Assembly (NCBI RefSeq): GCF_018977255.1
Contig: NW_024704743.1
Span: 67,272,001-67,336,000, forward strand
DNA from: Callorhinchus milii
Taxonomy: Eukaryota
Reading direction: 5' to 3'
Length of the DNA stretch: 64,000 nt
Shown: piece by piece, positions 41,700 through 56,945 of the stretch
Numbering within the stretch: position 1 is the stretch's first letter
Layout of the letters: each line of letters begins with the position of its first letter
Translations under genes and position numbers: made by a program
Notes under the pieces: model-generated
What the model was told of the DNA's origin: nothing
Seen by the model: the letters and a program-made list of their open reading frames with translations, nothing else
Database searches by the model: none

Positions 41700-42545
41700 T
41701 GTAAGAAATTACAAAGGGATTTAGACAGATTAAGTAAGTGGACAAAACTGTGGAAGATGGAATTCAATGTGGGGAATTTATCCACTATGGATCCAAAAAT
41801 AGCGAAACAGAATATTTTCTAAATGGTGAGAAACTAAGAACTGTGGAGGAGCAAAGGGATTTGGGTGTCCACATACACAAATCATTAAAAACAAGCTCAC
41901 AGGTACAAAAAGTTATCAAAAGGTTAATGGGAAGTTGGCCTTTATCTCAAGGGGTGTTGAATATAAAGGAAAGGAAATGATGCTTCAACGATATAGAGCC
42001 TTGGTCAGACCCCATCTGTTGTTCTGCCTTCAGTTTTGGGCACTGCACCTCAGGAAGGACATATTGTCTCTGGAGGGAGTGCAACACAGATTCATCAGAA
42101 TGATACCATGGCTAAAAGGGTTAAGTTATGAGGACAGGTTGCATAAAATTGGTCTGTATTTCCTTGAGTTTAAAAGGTTGAGGGGGATCTGATTGAAGTT
42201 TTCAAAAAAATAAAGGGATTTCAAAGGGAAACTATTTCCTCTGGTGGGGAATCCAGAACAAGGGAGCATAATCTTAAAATTAGAGCTAAGCCTTTTAGGA
42301 GTGAAATTAGGATGCAGTTTTTCACCCAAAGGGTATAGGAAATCTGGAACTTTCTTCCCCAAAAGGCTGTGGATGCTGGATCCATTCACGTTTTCAAGAC
42401 AGAGGTGGATAAATATTTTTTAAGTCAGGGTATTAAGGATATGGGGCAAGGGGGGGTAATTGGAATTGAGGTAGAGATCAGCCATGATCTAATAGAATGC
42501 GTAACAGTCTTGAGAGGCTGAATAGCCTACTTTTTCTAAATTACA
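41700..42545 (+). mobile_element. CR1 LINE 3' fragment (different subfamily)
   Basis: YRALVRPHL..C.QFW..HLRKDI..LEGVQ.RF.RMIP; gatcagccatgatct 3' UTR. Confidence 0.9.
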
Positions 42546-44264
42546 GAAAGGAGTTCCTGTGACTCTATTGTACTTAGAGGAGGAGAGAGCTTTTTTGATT
42601 TGACAGCAACCCCAGTCACTTGACCATGAGAAGTTCACAGTGAGACTACAATGATCTCTTCTGGTTCTGTATGTTCTTACAGTAAAATAGACTGTGGACA
42701 GCCACTAGCTATTTAAATTTACACGTGAATAAGGGCGGTGAAGTCAGGATGCTGAGGGCTGTTTGTCCCAAGGAACTGTAATGAATTTGGATAGACTGGG
42801 TTGTGAAACTGTAACAAAAAACAGATTTCAGCCTTTCATCATCCTACACAGTTGCGAAGGTCTTTTGGGACTAAAACCTCCTGATTCAAATAGAAATCAG
42901 GTGACATGTTGTGGAGGGATCATGCCTAAATAATAATCAAGACCCTGTAATTTGTTACACATATACATTAGTACAGATAAAGCTGTACAATGCACAATAA
43001 AAATCTTTTAACATTAGCCTCACAGTAAACACAATCCCGTTCTAATGCAGGATTTTAACAGGATTCCTTAACATGTAGATCGGAAGTAGATTGCACTGAA
43101 GTAGAGTTACTGTGGGTTGGAATGACATAGTTACCCAGAGTGGTCCCCATTTGTGTAACCTTATTAATAAATCGTGCAGGAATTCTGGGTTTTATACCCC
43201 GATGTGTGGTGGCAAATTTAATCCTAAAATTGTTAAACTAGTTACGTGACAGTAATACTGTTGTTAACCCTTTCAGAACATACATCAACCATAGAATTTC
43301 TAGGATACCAAGGGCAAATTGTTTCTCAACAAAGTTGGAATAATAACATCACATTCTCGAGTCAGGCACTGTGGGATTCATTGCATCTCAAGCATATCTG
43401 CACTGACAGCCCTCATCACTACTAAAATCACGAAGATTGAATAAAACTACCTGATAAAATGATGTATTGTTACAGATACCCAGGAGTGATCACAAGGTAA
43501 TAATCCAATCTCGGGGTTCAAATGGAAGTTATAAACTGCTTGAACTTTTCTGTCATGTCTCATGAGCACATTGGACCCTCTGATAAGATTACTGCCTTGT
43601 AATCACTTCCAGGGATCCATTATTCTTTACGTAAACTGAGAGCAAAAGAAGCATTCTTATGAGGATGCTGTGTGCTGTCTCAGTGGTAATTCTTACAAGA
43701 TATCAGGTTCTGTCAAACCACATGAGACATCAGAAATAGAATACGTAGGAAATGGAAGAGTGCGGGTCCACTATGTGGGATCGTTACACTGTTGCAAGGT
43801 TTGGTGTAAGCATTGATGAGACAGAACCATTGCTAAAAAATTTATGAAACATATTGAGGTATTTGATACTTGACACCTTGTACAGCACAAGTGTCGGCTT
43901 GACTTAGATGGTAACTCTCTCATTTCTGCATCAGAAGATTGTGTGTTCAAATACCATGTCAACTATGGTAAGTCAATTTAATATTAAGTGGAGATGATTA
44001 AACCTTTGCCGTATCAAGTCAGTACATTTACCAACAAGCGAAGAATAATATTCACTCACTGCCAAAGATTGGTAAATCTATCAAATGGGGTGCAGAATAA
44101 CACCCTTAACATCTGTCTTTGCATTTTCCACAATAACTGATGTATGTACCTCAGTTTAGTGTCAGCTTTGCTCAGTTGGCAACAGTGGATCGGAAGGCTG
44201 TGGGTTCAAACCCCACATTATGGCTTGAGTTCAAACAAAAGATTGTGTTTATATACATTGCGTG

Positions 44265-44600
44265 ATGTAGCTCAGTGGTTAGAGCACTCCCTTTGCAAGT
44301 GAGAGACCTGGGTTCGAGCAAGTTTCTTTACTCCACACGCCTCTGTTTACCTAGCAGTAAGTAGGAACCTGGTTGTTAGTCGATTGGCGGACTGCTTTTC
44401 CGGGGATAATAATTCCTTTAAATAAATTTGGTCAATCAATCCACGACTGTTTGTGGAACACTGCTGTGCTCAATTGGCTGCTGCGTTTCGCCCACAAATA
44501 CACAGTCAATTCACTTTACAGTATATTCTGTGAAGCGCTTTGAGACGTCTCGAAGATGTGATGAGGCGTTATATCAAATGTAAGGATTATTAGTATTATT
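44265..44600 (+). mobile_element. Young tRNA-Ala-headed SINE, long form, between two halves of an older Deu-type SINE
   Basis: Head, central block and tail present; small deletion after the B box. Confidence 0.88.
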
Positions 44601-46855
44601 ACTACTGTTCTTTATGCAGGATCGTGTCTCACAGTGCTGATAGACTACACTGTTGGATGTGCCGAGATACCATCTAACTGCAAAGATCAAAATTACACTA
44701 TTTCAAAAAGAGAAGAGTCCTTCTCCCGCTAAGCTGGTCAACAATCCTCCAGATGAATTGTTCATTCAACATAGCTGTTTGTGGGATTTTGCTGGTGCAA
44801 ATTGGATGCTGCATTTGCCTACAGAATCAGACCCCCTGCATTTGACTAATTACTTGAGAATCGCTTCACATGCTATGAAAAAATGCAAATTCTTTCTGTT
44901 TTGCAAATCAGTGGTAGTCTAACCTGTGACTCTTCTTTTTAAAAGGGAACAAAACCTAGTGAAAAAGTTGTCATTAACAATAATTCCCTCAGTGTAGGAT
45001 TGTGATGGGAGTGACAACACAGCGATACCTGGTTCCTCAACCTTCTCCTAAAACAGAAGGTACATTCAACATTGTTTTTCATGAGGGATTATCACATCAC
45101 TGCCCCTGAGGTTGTTGCCTTTGGCTTGCAGAGTCCCTTCTGTGGGCCACAACAAGGCTTTCATTACTCAGGTAAGGAAACAAAGTGTTGAGGACAGCAG
45201 GGTCATTCATAGACACATTTATCAAACTGTAGCAGTGTTAGGGTTCATTTACTTATGTCATCATTTTCTCAAGGTCAGGAAGGATTGAGGTTAATGTTCC
45301 ATATGTACTTAGATATATTTCTCCTTTTGGGAGAAGAGAATGACACATTCCTGTAAGACCTAGGATAATTATATTTAACCTCTTATTCTTAACATTAAAC
45401 TCACTCCTATGGTCTGAAATTCAAATGCATTCATCTCAAATGTGAGATTCTTTCAAAGACTAAAAAATTTCATGCTGTCAGGATTAAAATGATCATCAGA
45501 AATGTAAAGTAGCCATTTAAAATGAAAGTAGTGCTTGATACATGAGTTAGTTCTCATTTAATTTTCAGTCATGCTGAAAAATTCTAACCCTACAGTTTCG
45601 CATATTAACCCTGAGAACGCTTCAAAGAACCGTTTTTCTTGATAAATATTTTGAGAGAAGAAACCAAGTGGGTAAATTGCTCTTTGATGAATAGTATTTA
45701 GTCAATAAATTGAAGCATGGAAAGTCAACAGATTTAAATTCCTTTCTGGAGGTTTCTCAAGTCCCCGGTGCTGCTGTGTGCTGTCAATGTGGAAGCAATC
45801 ATTTGTTTTCTAGATTCACAGATGGATGTACAATTAAATTCTGTGATAATATTCAGTCCTTCTTGCTCCTGATCTGAGTAAAAAAGATATATATATATAA
45901 GGGACAACATGATAAATGACCAGAAAGGTACGGGAGATCATTTGACTAATTGAGCAATTTCTGTCAGGCACCCAAAAGGTTACTGCTTCTGGTATCATAG
46001 AAGAGGGACATTGCAAGATGTAATGTGGTAATTGTCACATGGACAGTAAATGTGATTTAAAAAAACTGTCCTTAAAATCCATCCTTAAAGTCCGGTTTGA
46101 GACTAAACATCACACAACTCTGGCCCCTGATCCTCACCAACCNTTTTTTTTCATGAGGATCTCCAGAAATCAACAACAACCTGCATTTATATAGCGCTCT
46201 TCACACGGGGCAGTGTCTTGGAACGCTTAGCTCCAGGAGTGGGGAGAAGAAGGGGGAAAACCATGAATTCTGTTATGGGTTTCTGTATGAATCAGACACC
46301 TGGATGACCAAAAAACACCCTAGCCCTCTGTATCTCTCTTTGCTGTCCTCCTTCCAGATGCTTTGATACATACCTTGAGGACCTTGTGATTTGGTTTTGA
46401 AAAACTATCCGTACACTGTTTTTATATCTTAAAATGCTACCACGCCACACCCTCTATGGCCTAAGCACGATGGTATAAGTTTGAGGGCATTGCTGATCTA
46501 AAACTATTTTGGGGTCTAAACGCAGCATTTCAATAGCATGGATCAGGAAGCTGAATAACTAAAGTGAATTTCCTCTAGTTATTTCCTTTAATAATGATTT
46601 GTTGATTATATGTCTGTGTGTGTGAAGAAATTAGCTTCATGAAGGAATGATGGCAGCTGTGGGGAGAGGAGAGGCAAACTGTGACAATTTGCCTTGTCCA
46701 TTTACCCCAATGATTATAAGGATCAAGTTTGCGGAATTCAGCAGCGGCGTTCTGTGTGGTAATCGCCACAAGGAATGGGATGTTGGGCGTGGCAAATGTC
46801 TCCACATTCCGCCATATGAATGATGGCATCTGATTTTTGCAGCATCTACTTATTA

Positions 46856-47227
<372 letters not shown>

Positions 47228-48519
47228 TTATCATACAAAAAGAAACAGGAAAAATTAACCTAGCACTTAGTCATTAATCTCTAACAAGAGCTGGGGAGGC
47301 ACACAGCCCTCAATGAGGAGAGCTGTCACTTACAGGAAACAAGCAGTGACTTATTTGTTAGATACCGGGCTTAGTTCATGACTGAATATTTCAAGGCTTT
47401 GGTTATAGGTAAGCCCTTTGGCAGGTGGCTTAGTCACAGACACGATTCCAGTTCATTTAAGCATTAACAAGTGATGAGTCGAGCTGTTATTATGCCATTA
47501 GCACATCAGGATTTGTGCAGAATCAAGGAAAAGCGTGATTTAAATTCATCATTTACGTGGAGCTGCAACATTGGAAAAGCTTTGGATTTCAAGGGAAGCT
47601 TTGTGACCGTTTCAATAAACCTGGCTGGGGAGAAGGCATGGAGACTACAAGTCAAATTATTGCAAGCTCTTCAGCTCTGAAAACCGTGGTAATCATCACC
47701 TGGATTGTGGAAAGAGCAGAGGGAATACAAGCTCACTAGATATCTATTGTATCGCATTAGGCAGGATATCTGTTACAATTAAATTAATTATTTAAATGCC
47801 TGGCATATCTAGATTTAACGCTTAACTTTCTCAATCCTGTTAAAATGCCGTTCATAATTGAACCAAAGCAAAGTTATCTGTGCACACTGAGGTATCCTCT
47901 AGGTCAATTTCTGTATCTGTGTGCGGTCAGGACTAACTGGGTCAATCTTGGGAGACAGGCTTCCTTGACGTTTTTTTAATGAACTGGGACCCATGAAAGT
48001 ACATTCATAGAACAGTATACGTTAGGGGAAGAGGAAGGGTGGGGGCTCATGTGTATACATACAGACTAGTTTGGCTGATGGATAGAGTATGCTGTGCAAT
48101 TCTATATAACTACTGTATGGATGGTTTTACAAATATTTCACACCGACCTTCCAATGCAAAAGCAGGAAAGAGCATGCTTGTTGCAATTTTACTCTGAATT
48201 GTAACACTCTACAAAACATAAAAGAAAATAGTTGTCAAAACAGCAATAACACTAATGTTAAAAGCTGATGTTTGAAACAAAATTACATGATTTTTATACC
48301 TTTTGTATTACCTACTCAAATTTGCTCAGTTAGGAGTTGTGCCAAGTAGGAGGTATGCTGTGTGGTCTCTTTAATTCCCACTAAAACAAGTACAGCTTTG
48401 CTCACCTCTGCTTTCAAATGTCTTATTTGCAACTCTCACCGCTTGGCAGAGATCATGAACACACTTCTGGGGAGTTCTATGAATCATCTCACCTTTGTAC
48501 ACCACAGATGATTAGTATA

Positions 48520-48930
48520 ATAATCCTTGTGTTTGATATGGCACTTTTCACACAGGGAGGACTTCTAAGGTGCTTCACAGGATTTACTGTAAAGTGTAGT
48601 GACTGTGTATTTTCTAGGTAAACGTGGCAGCTAATTTGCACACAGAAATGTCCCACAAACATAAAATGAGTGACCAATTTTATCAAGGGGTTGGTTGGCC
48701 ACTACACAGTAAACCGTTTTCTCTTTTTCCAAAGTACCATGGGATCATCCATGTCCATCTCAACAAGTGGACAGGACATGCAATGAATGGACAGCACTTC
48801 AACAATACAGCATTCCCCAGCACTGTATTGGAATGTCAGACAAGACTATGTGTTCAAAAGTCCCAAAGTGGGATTTTGACTGACACCTATTTGATTGAGG
48901 CAAAAGTGCTGCTGTCTGAGCAAGGCGGTC
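48520..48930 (-). mobile_element. Older Deu-domain SINE
   Basis: Diverged, near-full-length copy. Confidence 0.7.
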
Positions 48931-49816
48931 AAGTTTACTGACAACTTGGGATATTCCTTCTATTTGTACTTATATAATCATGAATTTAATGACTAGAATT
49001 ATTATTGTTTCCTTATAAATTTTGGATCAATTCAATCTGACATTGAAATGATAACAACAATCCTTGCATTTGACATAGCACCTTATCATGTCATCCTTTT
49101 GAATAGTGTCTTGGAATTGCGAACGTCCAACTGAACCAGCAAACAGGACCTTGGTTTAATGTTTCATTCAAAGAATGGCATCTCTGACAATGCAGCGCTC
49201 CTGCTCACTGTTTATTGGCGTGTTAGTCTTGACTCAAAGTCCCATTCAATAACAAGGAGCCATAAAAAGAAATAATCTGGGGGAAATTGGTGAAAGCCCA
49301 TAACACCAACGCACTATGTTATCAATCAGACCCACACTGGCTAATGCAAGACAAATAAAGTATATTTTGTCAGAAAGAAAATTGAATTGGCCTTTTAGTG
49401 AACAAAAGCTTGGCACTTGAAACATGGGAGATAAAGATGAGAATTATTAACTTGTCATTTCAGTAAAGTGGATGCTATTAATGTAGTAATGGCCATTATG
49501 AACTTGAAGGGGGAAGTGGTTTTGAATCCAACTGACATTAAAATAACATTTCAGTTTTACAAAGGCTGGTATAAATTAAACCTTAATCTTGACACATTCA
49601 AATTAAGTTGTTTTGTGAAAAAAACATACACCAAAGGCCTCGTAGTAACAACCTCAGGCAGGAACAACTTCAAGGGTGAAGGCCAGCTTTGTGCACGCGT
49701 GTACAGTGATGTCACAGGCCACGCAGTCGGTAATGTCATGATACAGGATTGCTGACCAATGACTGCTTTTAATTGCTCCCCTCAATCCCAATTCCCTGCT
49801 CGTTGCACTTTATATG

Positions 49817-50128
49817 GTGGTGTCCTGTAGCTCAGTAGTTAGAGCACTGGCCTCCAAGTGAAAGACCTGGGTTCGATTCCAAGCAGGGCGAAACCTTGGG
49901 CAAGTTTCCTTACTCCACACACCTAATAATAATCCCTCAAGAAAAAAAATAATAATTTGGTCACTTCAATCCACGACTGTTTGTGGGACACTGCTGTGTG
50001 CAATTGGCTGCCGTGTTTCGCCCACAAATATACAGTCAATTCATTTTACAGTATATTCTGTGAAGTGTTTTGATACGTCTAGAAGACGTGAAAGGCACTA
50101 TATCAAATGCAAGAATTATTATTATTAT
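49817..50128 (+). mobile_element. Young tRNA-Ala-headed SINE, short form
   Basis: Short-form junction ctccacacacct|aataataatccc; (att)n tail. Confidence 0.9.
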
Positions 50129-50728
50129 ACTGTTGCTCTTGAAATTATAGAATCTTACAGCACAGAAGGAGGCCATTCAGCACATCGTGCTTGTGCTGGC
50201 TCTTTGAAAGAGCTATCCTACTAGTCCTACTCCCCTGCTCTTACCCTGCAATTTTTTTTCCTTTTCAAATACCTATCCAATTTCATTTGAAAGCCTCTAT
50301 CAAATCTGCTTCCACTACTCTTTCAGGCAGTACATTCCAGTTTCCTTTTTAGGTGTTAGATGCAAAGGTTATTAATTATTATTATTATATTACTTGCACA
50401 CAAAGGCACTGATGAATACCCAGTAATTATCCAGACTTTATGTATTTTAACATTTTCCACTTTTAAATTCATTACTGTCTTACTTTGATGCTTTTCATTA
50501 AGAGACTATTCATCTGCTGGAACATAATTTGCATTTGTATTTGACTGAATTGCACTTGATGTCGCTGAATAGAGTGTTTCACATGGAATTGCATAGCCTG
50601 TTTATCATGGAAACAAAACATTTAGACCAACTAGTCCATACCAATGCGTATACTCCGCATGAACCTCTACCCCTTTTAATCCCATCAAACATGCCTTTAT
50701 TTTCCAATCTCCTTCATGTATACATATA

Positions 50729-51160
50729 AATAATCCTTGCATTTGATATAGTGCCTTATCACGTCATAAGCGCTCCGGGACTCTGCCCCACGTGAAGGGG
50801 GAACTGAACAGTCATGGATTGAAAATGACCAATTTACTATTGTTTTGTTTTGGAGGGATTATTATTAGGCGTGTGGAGTAAGGAACTTGCCCAAGGTTTC
50901 ACCCTGTAAGTGAAACACCTGAAAAACAAACAAAATTACAGTTTTGACTTTGCACTACGAATATTGGAAATTAATTGGAAATTAAAAACACTCCTTAAAT
51001 CGCCTCGCAAGCGAGAAGACCTGGGTTCAATTCCCGGGTATTGCGAAAAGTTGGGCAAGTTTCCTTATTCCACATGCTTCTATTTGCCTAGCAGTAAGTA
51101 GGAACTCAGTTGTTAGTCGATTGGCGGATTGCTTTTCTGGGGGTAATAATCTCTTCAAAA
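50729..51160. mobile_element. Two partial young SINEs in divergent orientation: short form on - (50729-50905) and long form on + (51000-51160)
   Basis: Both match the family body; both lack the extreme 5' head. Confidence 0.75.
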
Positions 51161-51175
51161 CAAAAAAAATTATTT

Positions 51176-51256
51176 GAGGAATAGCACCTCATTTATCTGC
51201 TAGGGACATTACAGCCCTCTGGCCTCAATATTGATTTCAATCATTTCAGACCATAA
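51176..51256 (+). mobile_element. Penelope-like element, C-terminus of the GIY-YIG endonuclease domain (relic)
   Basis: Translates EE*HLIYLLGTLQPSGLNIDFNHFRP*, matching the E..(W/L)I..L.TL.P.GLN terminal motif of PLE ORFs. Confidence 0.75.
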
Positions 51257-52502
51257 CAGCTTACTCCGCAATCTGTTATATGTTTCAATATTCTTGCAGC
51301 ATAACATGAGCAAAATTTAAAATGGACTCAATTATGTACCCCTTTTAAAAATAAATCAAATGTTTCACCTGGAAGCTCATGCAGAAATAACTGAGGTCAA
51401 AGAATTATGCTGGTATGATCAGAGAGTCTAAATCATTGATTCAAATAGAAATTATTGTGTTATGCAAGACTGTTGAAGAATGGCTGTTGAAAAGTGACTC
51501 AGGAGGAAGAAAGAACTGGACGGACAGCTGAAGCAAATTGAGAGAACAATGAACACAAATAGAAGTCATTGGGAGATGGAAATGAAGAGGTGTAGAGAAA
51601 ACTGAGTAAGAAAAACACTAGTCGTCATGTTTGTATTGCAGTGATGCTGTAGTCTATTGTAGTGCTAAAATATAAGCAGAGCAGTGTTGATGCCTCTATA
51701 GGCAGTTACCACCACATCTCAAGGTGGGTCTTCACTCCCCTTTGGAAAATAACAACACTGGAGACAGCAGGAGACTGACTCTTTGCTGATTGCCATGTGT
51801 TTTTGGCTGCAGATTGGCTTAGCTCTCATGTACTGTATAGACGAGCAATGTGGTGTTTCCGGCGCTGGCCTACATCAGCCTTCCAGGGTGCCCAGAAAAG
51901 TAAAGTCAGGACGGACTTGGAAACACATATTTTGAGGCCACCCCCATTCACTTGGATTCACTTCAGCACTAGTACTATTCAGGGGTTACATAACTGGATA
52001 CAACTAGATCCTTACCCCCTCCCCACCGGCACTGCACATTTACAGAAAAGTTTGTGAAACACTTTGAGATGTTTCAATCTATTGAGTACTATATCAAATA
52101 CAAGAATTATTATTTTACTACAATAATAAAAAACCTGCCGCTACACTTCAGCTTCTTAAAAAGGGAGCCCTTACCAATGATATGATCCTAAATTGTACAC
52201 TGCATTTAATATGATGAGCGCTGTAAACAAAGCAAAGAATTTAGTAGCATTTAATTTTATTGTGTAGTCATAAATTACATTTGTTGATTCATGAATTACA
52301 TTTTTATTAACGTAGGTTTTGTAAGGTCTAGGCAAGCATAAGCTTGAGACTTAATTGGATTTATCATAGAAATGTAATTAAATTAACAATAGTGAGAGAA
52401 TGTCAAAAGAGTATATTGACAGTCTGTGGATCCCCGACTGTTCAGCGCTTTGGGACGTCCTCCCGATGTGAAATGCGCTTTACAAATGTAATTTTGTTGT
52501 TG

Positions 52503-52617
52503 TATATATATCTATATATATGTGTATACAGTGTATATATAGTGTATATATAGTGCAGTGTATATATTGTGTTATATGTGTGTGTGTATACAGTATATAT
52601 ATATGACTGTATGTGTA
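52503..52617. repeat. Degenerate (TA)n/(TG)n microsatellite
   Basis: Alternating TA/TG run directly after an L2 tail. Confidence 0.85.
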
Positions 52618-53669
52618 TCAGGAGGTGTCTCCTAAGAGAAATCCAGAAATCTGAAAGTAACAAGTAACACATTGCTTTGTAGAAAAGTAAATTGTAGCTT
52701 GTGACACAACTTACAATTGACAACATTTCCACATATTTTCCAAGTCATCTTACAATTTGCCTACAGGTTACACAGTCACCACAGACTAAATCCAGTGAAT
52801 CGCTTTGAGACAACCTTCCGATGTGAAAGGCAAGGATTATTTTATTATAATGGGGTGCCTACAAACAGCATCAATACTTTCAGTAGTTATGTGTCTGATA
52901 ATAAAAAAGGGAGCAAGACAGGGGGACAATGTTATTCTACTATTGGTGTTTACTGCAATTTTGTTTTGGGGATAAAAAGCTTAATATATTTTATAAATTG
53001 GAGTTTAAATCCTCAAACCCTCAGTTGATTTCTAACTTGTCCAATTGATCTCCAGATCTCAAAGAATATAGGAACTGATGCAAAAGATTTCAGATCAATA
53101 TTCGTCAATCTGAAGAGTTTGTGTGCATTGTTATCCAGCAATCCTCCTTTAGTGAAACATATCTCTAAATAGTATCTTGTTGGATAGGGGATAATAAGAT
53201 CCAATCTTTGAGCTTTAACTTTTTTTGGAATTTTAAAAACCCCATTCAGCAATGATATCGATCAGTACCTCAAGCTCTTTTAAGGACACTTATTTTTTAA
53301 AAGCAATAAAGATATTAAAGCCTTACTAAATGTGTTTGGAAACTTATTATTCTCCAAAGTTTGAGCTGGTACAGTTAGCAATCTGTTAGAAATGTCATTT
53401 CAAAAAGAGTTATTAAATTCTATCTACACAAATCCATTTCCACCTATCAATTTAGCATTTTTCATGCAAAAGAGGCTACGCGCAATTCTTCCAGTGTAAC
53501 TTCATTATCCAGATGGGCTCAGACCTCCTTTCCTTCTTTGAAGCAAATTCTGTTTTATGAAACAGATTTTAAATTTATCTTGCCTTCCGAATTGAATGAC
53601 TAATAACATTTTTTTTGTTAAGAAAATGCCTTTCAGTATTTATCTGAGTCTGACTAATAGGCAGCAGCC

Positions 53670-55548
53670 TGTCTTTAGCTGCAAGGAGAATTGAAACGAT
53701 TAGATTCATCAGGAAATTGGGATTAAACTAAAACAGAAAAAGGAGGTTTAAGATAAATGTCAGTTCCAAAACACAGAAGATAATCAAATAGAATATAGAA
53801 AGTACAGAGGAGAACTGAAAAAGGAAATAAGAGGGACAAAGAGATTGTATGAGAAAAGATTAGTGGGTAACATAAAAGGGAACCCTAAGGTATTTTATAA
53901 GCATAAAATGAATAAAAGGTTAGTCAAAGGTAGGGACCAAAGAGGAAATCTTCTTTTGGAGGCAGAAGGCATGGCTGATGTACTGAATGATTACTTTGCA
54001 TCTGTCTACACAAAAGAAGAGAATGCAGCCAATGCCACAGTATTGAAGGAGAGAGTACAGAAATTGGATAAGAATAACTAAGAGGAGGTACTAGAAAGGT
54101 TGTCGGTGCTCAAGGTCGATAAGTTGCCTGGATGGGATACATCCTAGGTTATTGAGGGAAGTAAAGGTTGGAAATAACGGAGGCTCTGGCTACAAACTTT
54201 CAATCCTCCTTGGACACCGGGGTGGTGCAAGAGGACTGGAGGGTTGCAAATGTTACTCCACTGTACAGCAAGGGGCAGAAGGATAAACCTGGGAACTACA
54301 GGTCAGTCAGCCTAACATCAATAGTGGAGAAACTTCTAGAGACTATAATCTGGGACAAAATAAATTTTCATTTAGAAAAATATTGGTTAATAAAGGACAG
54401 CCAACATGGATTTGTTAAAGGCAAATCATGTCTAACAAATCTGATAGTTTCTTTGATGAAGTAACAGAGAGGGTGGATAAAGGCATTTGATGTAGTTTAT
54501 ATGGATTTTCAAAGGGCGTTTGATAAAGTGCCACATAAGAGACTTGTAAGCAAAATAGAAGCCCACGGTATTAAAGGGACAGTAATAGGAACACTACTGT
54601 TTTTGATCTATATAAATGACCTGGATTTGGGTATAGGGAGTACAATTTCCAAGTTTGCAGATGATACTAAGCTAGGAAAATAGAAAAATAGCAAGAGGAC
54701 ATAGACAGACTGGAAAAATGGGCAGACACGTGACAAATGAAGTTTAATGTGGAGAAATACAGTGATGCATTTTGGGAGGAAGAATGAGGAGAGGCAATAT
54801 AAGCTGATGGTACAATCTTAAAGGGGTGAAGGAACAGAGAGACCGGGGGTTCATATAAGTAAATCTTTGAAGGTGGCAGGACAGGTAGATAAAGCTGTTT
54901 TTTTTTAAAAAAAGCATATGGAATACTAGGCTTTATAAATAGGGGCATAGAATACAAAAGTCAGGAAGTTATGATAAACCTTTATAAAACACTGGTTAGG
55001 CTTCAGTGTTCAGTTCTGGGCACCACACTTTAGGAAGGATGTCAAGGCATTGGACAGGGTGCAAAGGAGATTTGCCAGGATGGTACCAGGAATGAGGGAC
55101 TTCAGTTATGAGGAGAGGCGAGAGAAGCCAGGATTATTCTCCTTGGAGCAGAGAAGGTTAAGAGGAGACTTAATAGAAGTTTTCAAAATTATGGGGGATT
55201 CGATAGGGTGAACAAGGAGAAACTATTTCCACTGGTGGGTTGGTCTGTAACCCGAGGGCATCGATTTAAAATAGTTGTTAAAAGAAACAGAGGAGAGGTG
55301 AGGAGAATTTTTTTTACACAGTGAGTTGTTCGGATCTGGAATGCATTGCCTGAAAGGGTGGTGGAAGCCGATTTGATAACAACTTTTAAGAGAGAAGTAG
55401 ATAATTATTTGGAGAGGACAAGTTTGCAGGGCTATGGGGAGAGAGGCAGGAAGTGTGATTGAATTGGATAGCTCTTTTCAAAGAGCCGGCACAGACACAA
55501 TGGGCTGAATGGCCTCCTTCTGTGCTGTATTATTTTATGATTCTATGA
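53670..55548 (+). mobile_element. CR1 LINE, ~1.9 kb degraded ORF2 (RT region) plus 3' UTR
   Basis: Motifs DWRVANVTP, PGNYRxVSLTS, SQHGFVKGKSCLTNL, MDFQRAFDKVPH, FADDT; frameshifts and stops; attctatga tail. Confidence 0.95.
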
Positions 55549-56119
55549 CATGTATAAAATATACATAACATTTTATTGCATGAATAACATAACAAAACTT
55601 AGTTTCTCCCTTCCTGAATAAATACTCACGAAGATGACCTTCAAAATAGATTCTGCTGAAATATTATCCCTGCTTCCAACAAAATTGATTTGTTGCCCTC
55701 TGTTTCCTTGCTGCTGAGCATATATAGAATTCGACTTGCCTGATGTATCTCTGTATTTTGTATCTCTGTATTTGTACCTCTGAATGAATTAAGATTGCTC
55801 CATCACTGTCTATTCTGCTATATATTTCAGAATAAACATATATAAGGCATTAAGTATGTACATGTTCTTACAATAAATGCTAACGTTTTACACAGAGAGG
55901 TGATGGGATGTGGACTGCACTGCCGAGTAAGGTGGTAGAGGCTGATTCCACGTGAGTATCGAAAGAGACAGAGACAGCTCCATGAAGCATAGTTGCCTGA
56001 AGGGATATGGGGATAATGCAGAGCAGTGGGATTGAATGACATCTTGCTCTGATATCCTGTGCAGAATCGAGGGGCTGAATGGCCTCCTTCCATGCTGTAA
56101 ATTTCTAGGATTCTATCAA

Positions 56120-56483
56120 TATAATCCTTGCATCCTTTCATGTTGGGAGAAAGCCCCAAGGTGCTTCACAGGATATATTGTAAAGTGGAGAGACTGTTTG
56201 CGATTTGTGGGTGAAGGCGGCAGCCAATTTGCGCATAGCAATGTTCCACAAACATCCATGAAGTGAATGATCAATTTTATTTGGGGGATTGTTGGCCAAA
56301 ACACTGGAAGAAACTCCCTTCAGTTTTCAAATAGTGCCACCATGTCTATAACGCCACTTGAATAGACAGACAGGATCTCATCAAAGTGTCTGCCGAGACT
56401 GTGAGCTCAAAGTGCCAACTTGGAGCTTGAACCCACAACCTCTGACTGAGAGGTGAGAGTGCTACTAATTTAATCAGGCTGAC
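56120..56483 (-). mobile_element. Older Deu-domain SINE
   Basis: Tail, core and head recognisable, with an internal deletion. Confidence 0.75.
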
Positions 56484-56945
56484 AAGACCTTACAGGACAT
56501 CAGATTTCAAAATACTGTTAAGGGAGATGTTAAGGCAGTGGTAAGGCTAGCACAGTTTGACAAAGTGCACAGATAACAGAAAATGCCTTTAGAACTACAT
56601 TGTCAAAATGTGCTACACTTTCCATCATGCAGACTACCACCCTCTAATAGTCTGATCAGGCAGGTAAAAGGCTTACACCTGATATAATTTCTAAATTGCT
56701 TTTCAATATTGTTAATGCTGCCTCCATTGCAGACCATGATATTGTGATCATGTTGTGTTCCATCTTATGGGACAAAGTACATTGGACAGACAACTAGTGT
56801 CCATGAAATCTTTCCCCAGCAGATGAGCTTTTCCTTACACCTCTGTAGTTTACTCCTCTTTAGATAGAATTGGAGGACAACAACAACAAGATTACATTTG
56901 TATAGCGCCTTTCACGTTGGGAGGACGTCCCAAGGCGCTGAAAAT

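Noticed and set aside
45755..45780. REST/NRSE-like site (gtccccggtgctg)
   Set aside because: Only one half-site matches well; the CTGTCC half and terminal bases deviate, so it is too weak to call.
53845..54683. Active reverse transcriptase system
   Set aside because: Frameshifted, stop-ridden, internally deleted CR1 ORF2 with no endonuclease domain or ORF1.
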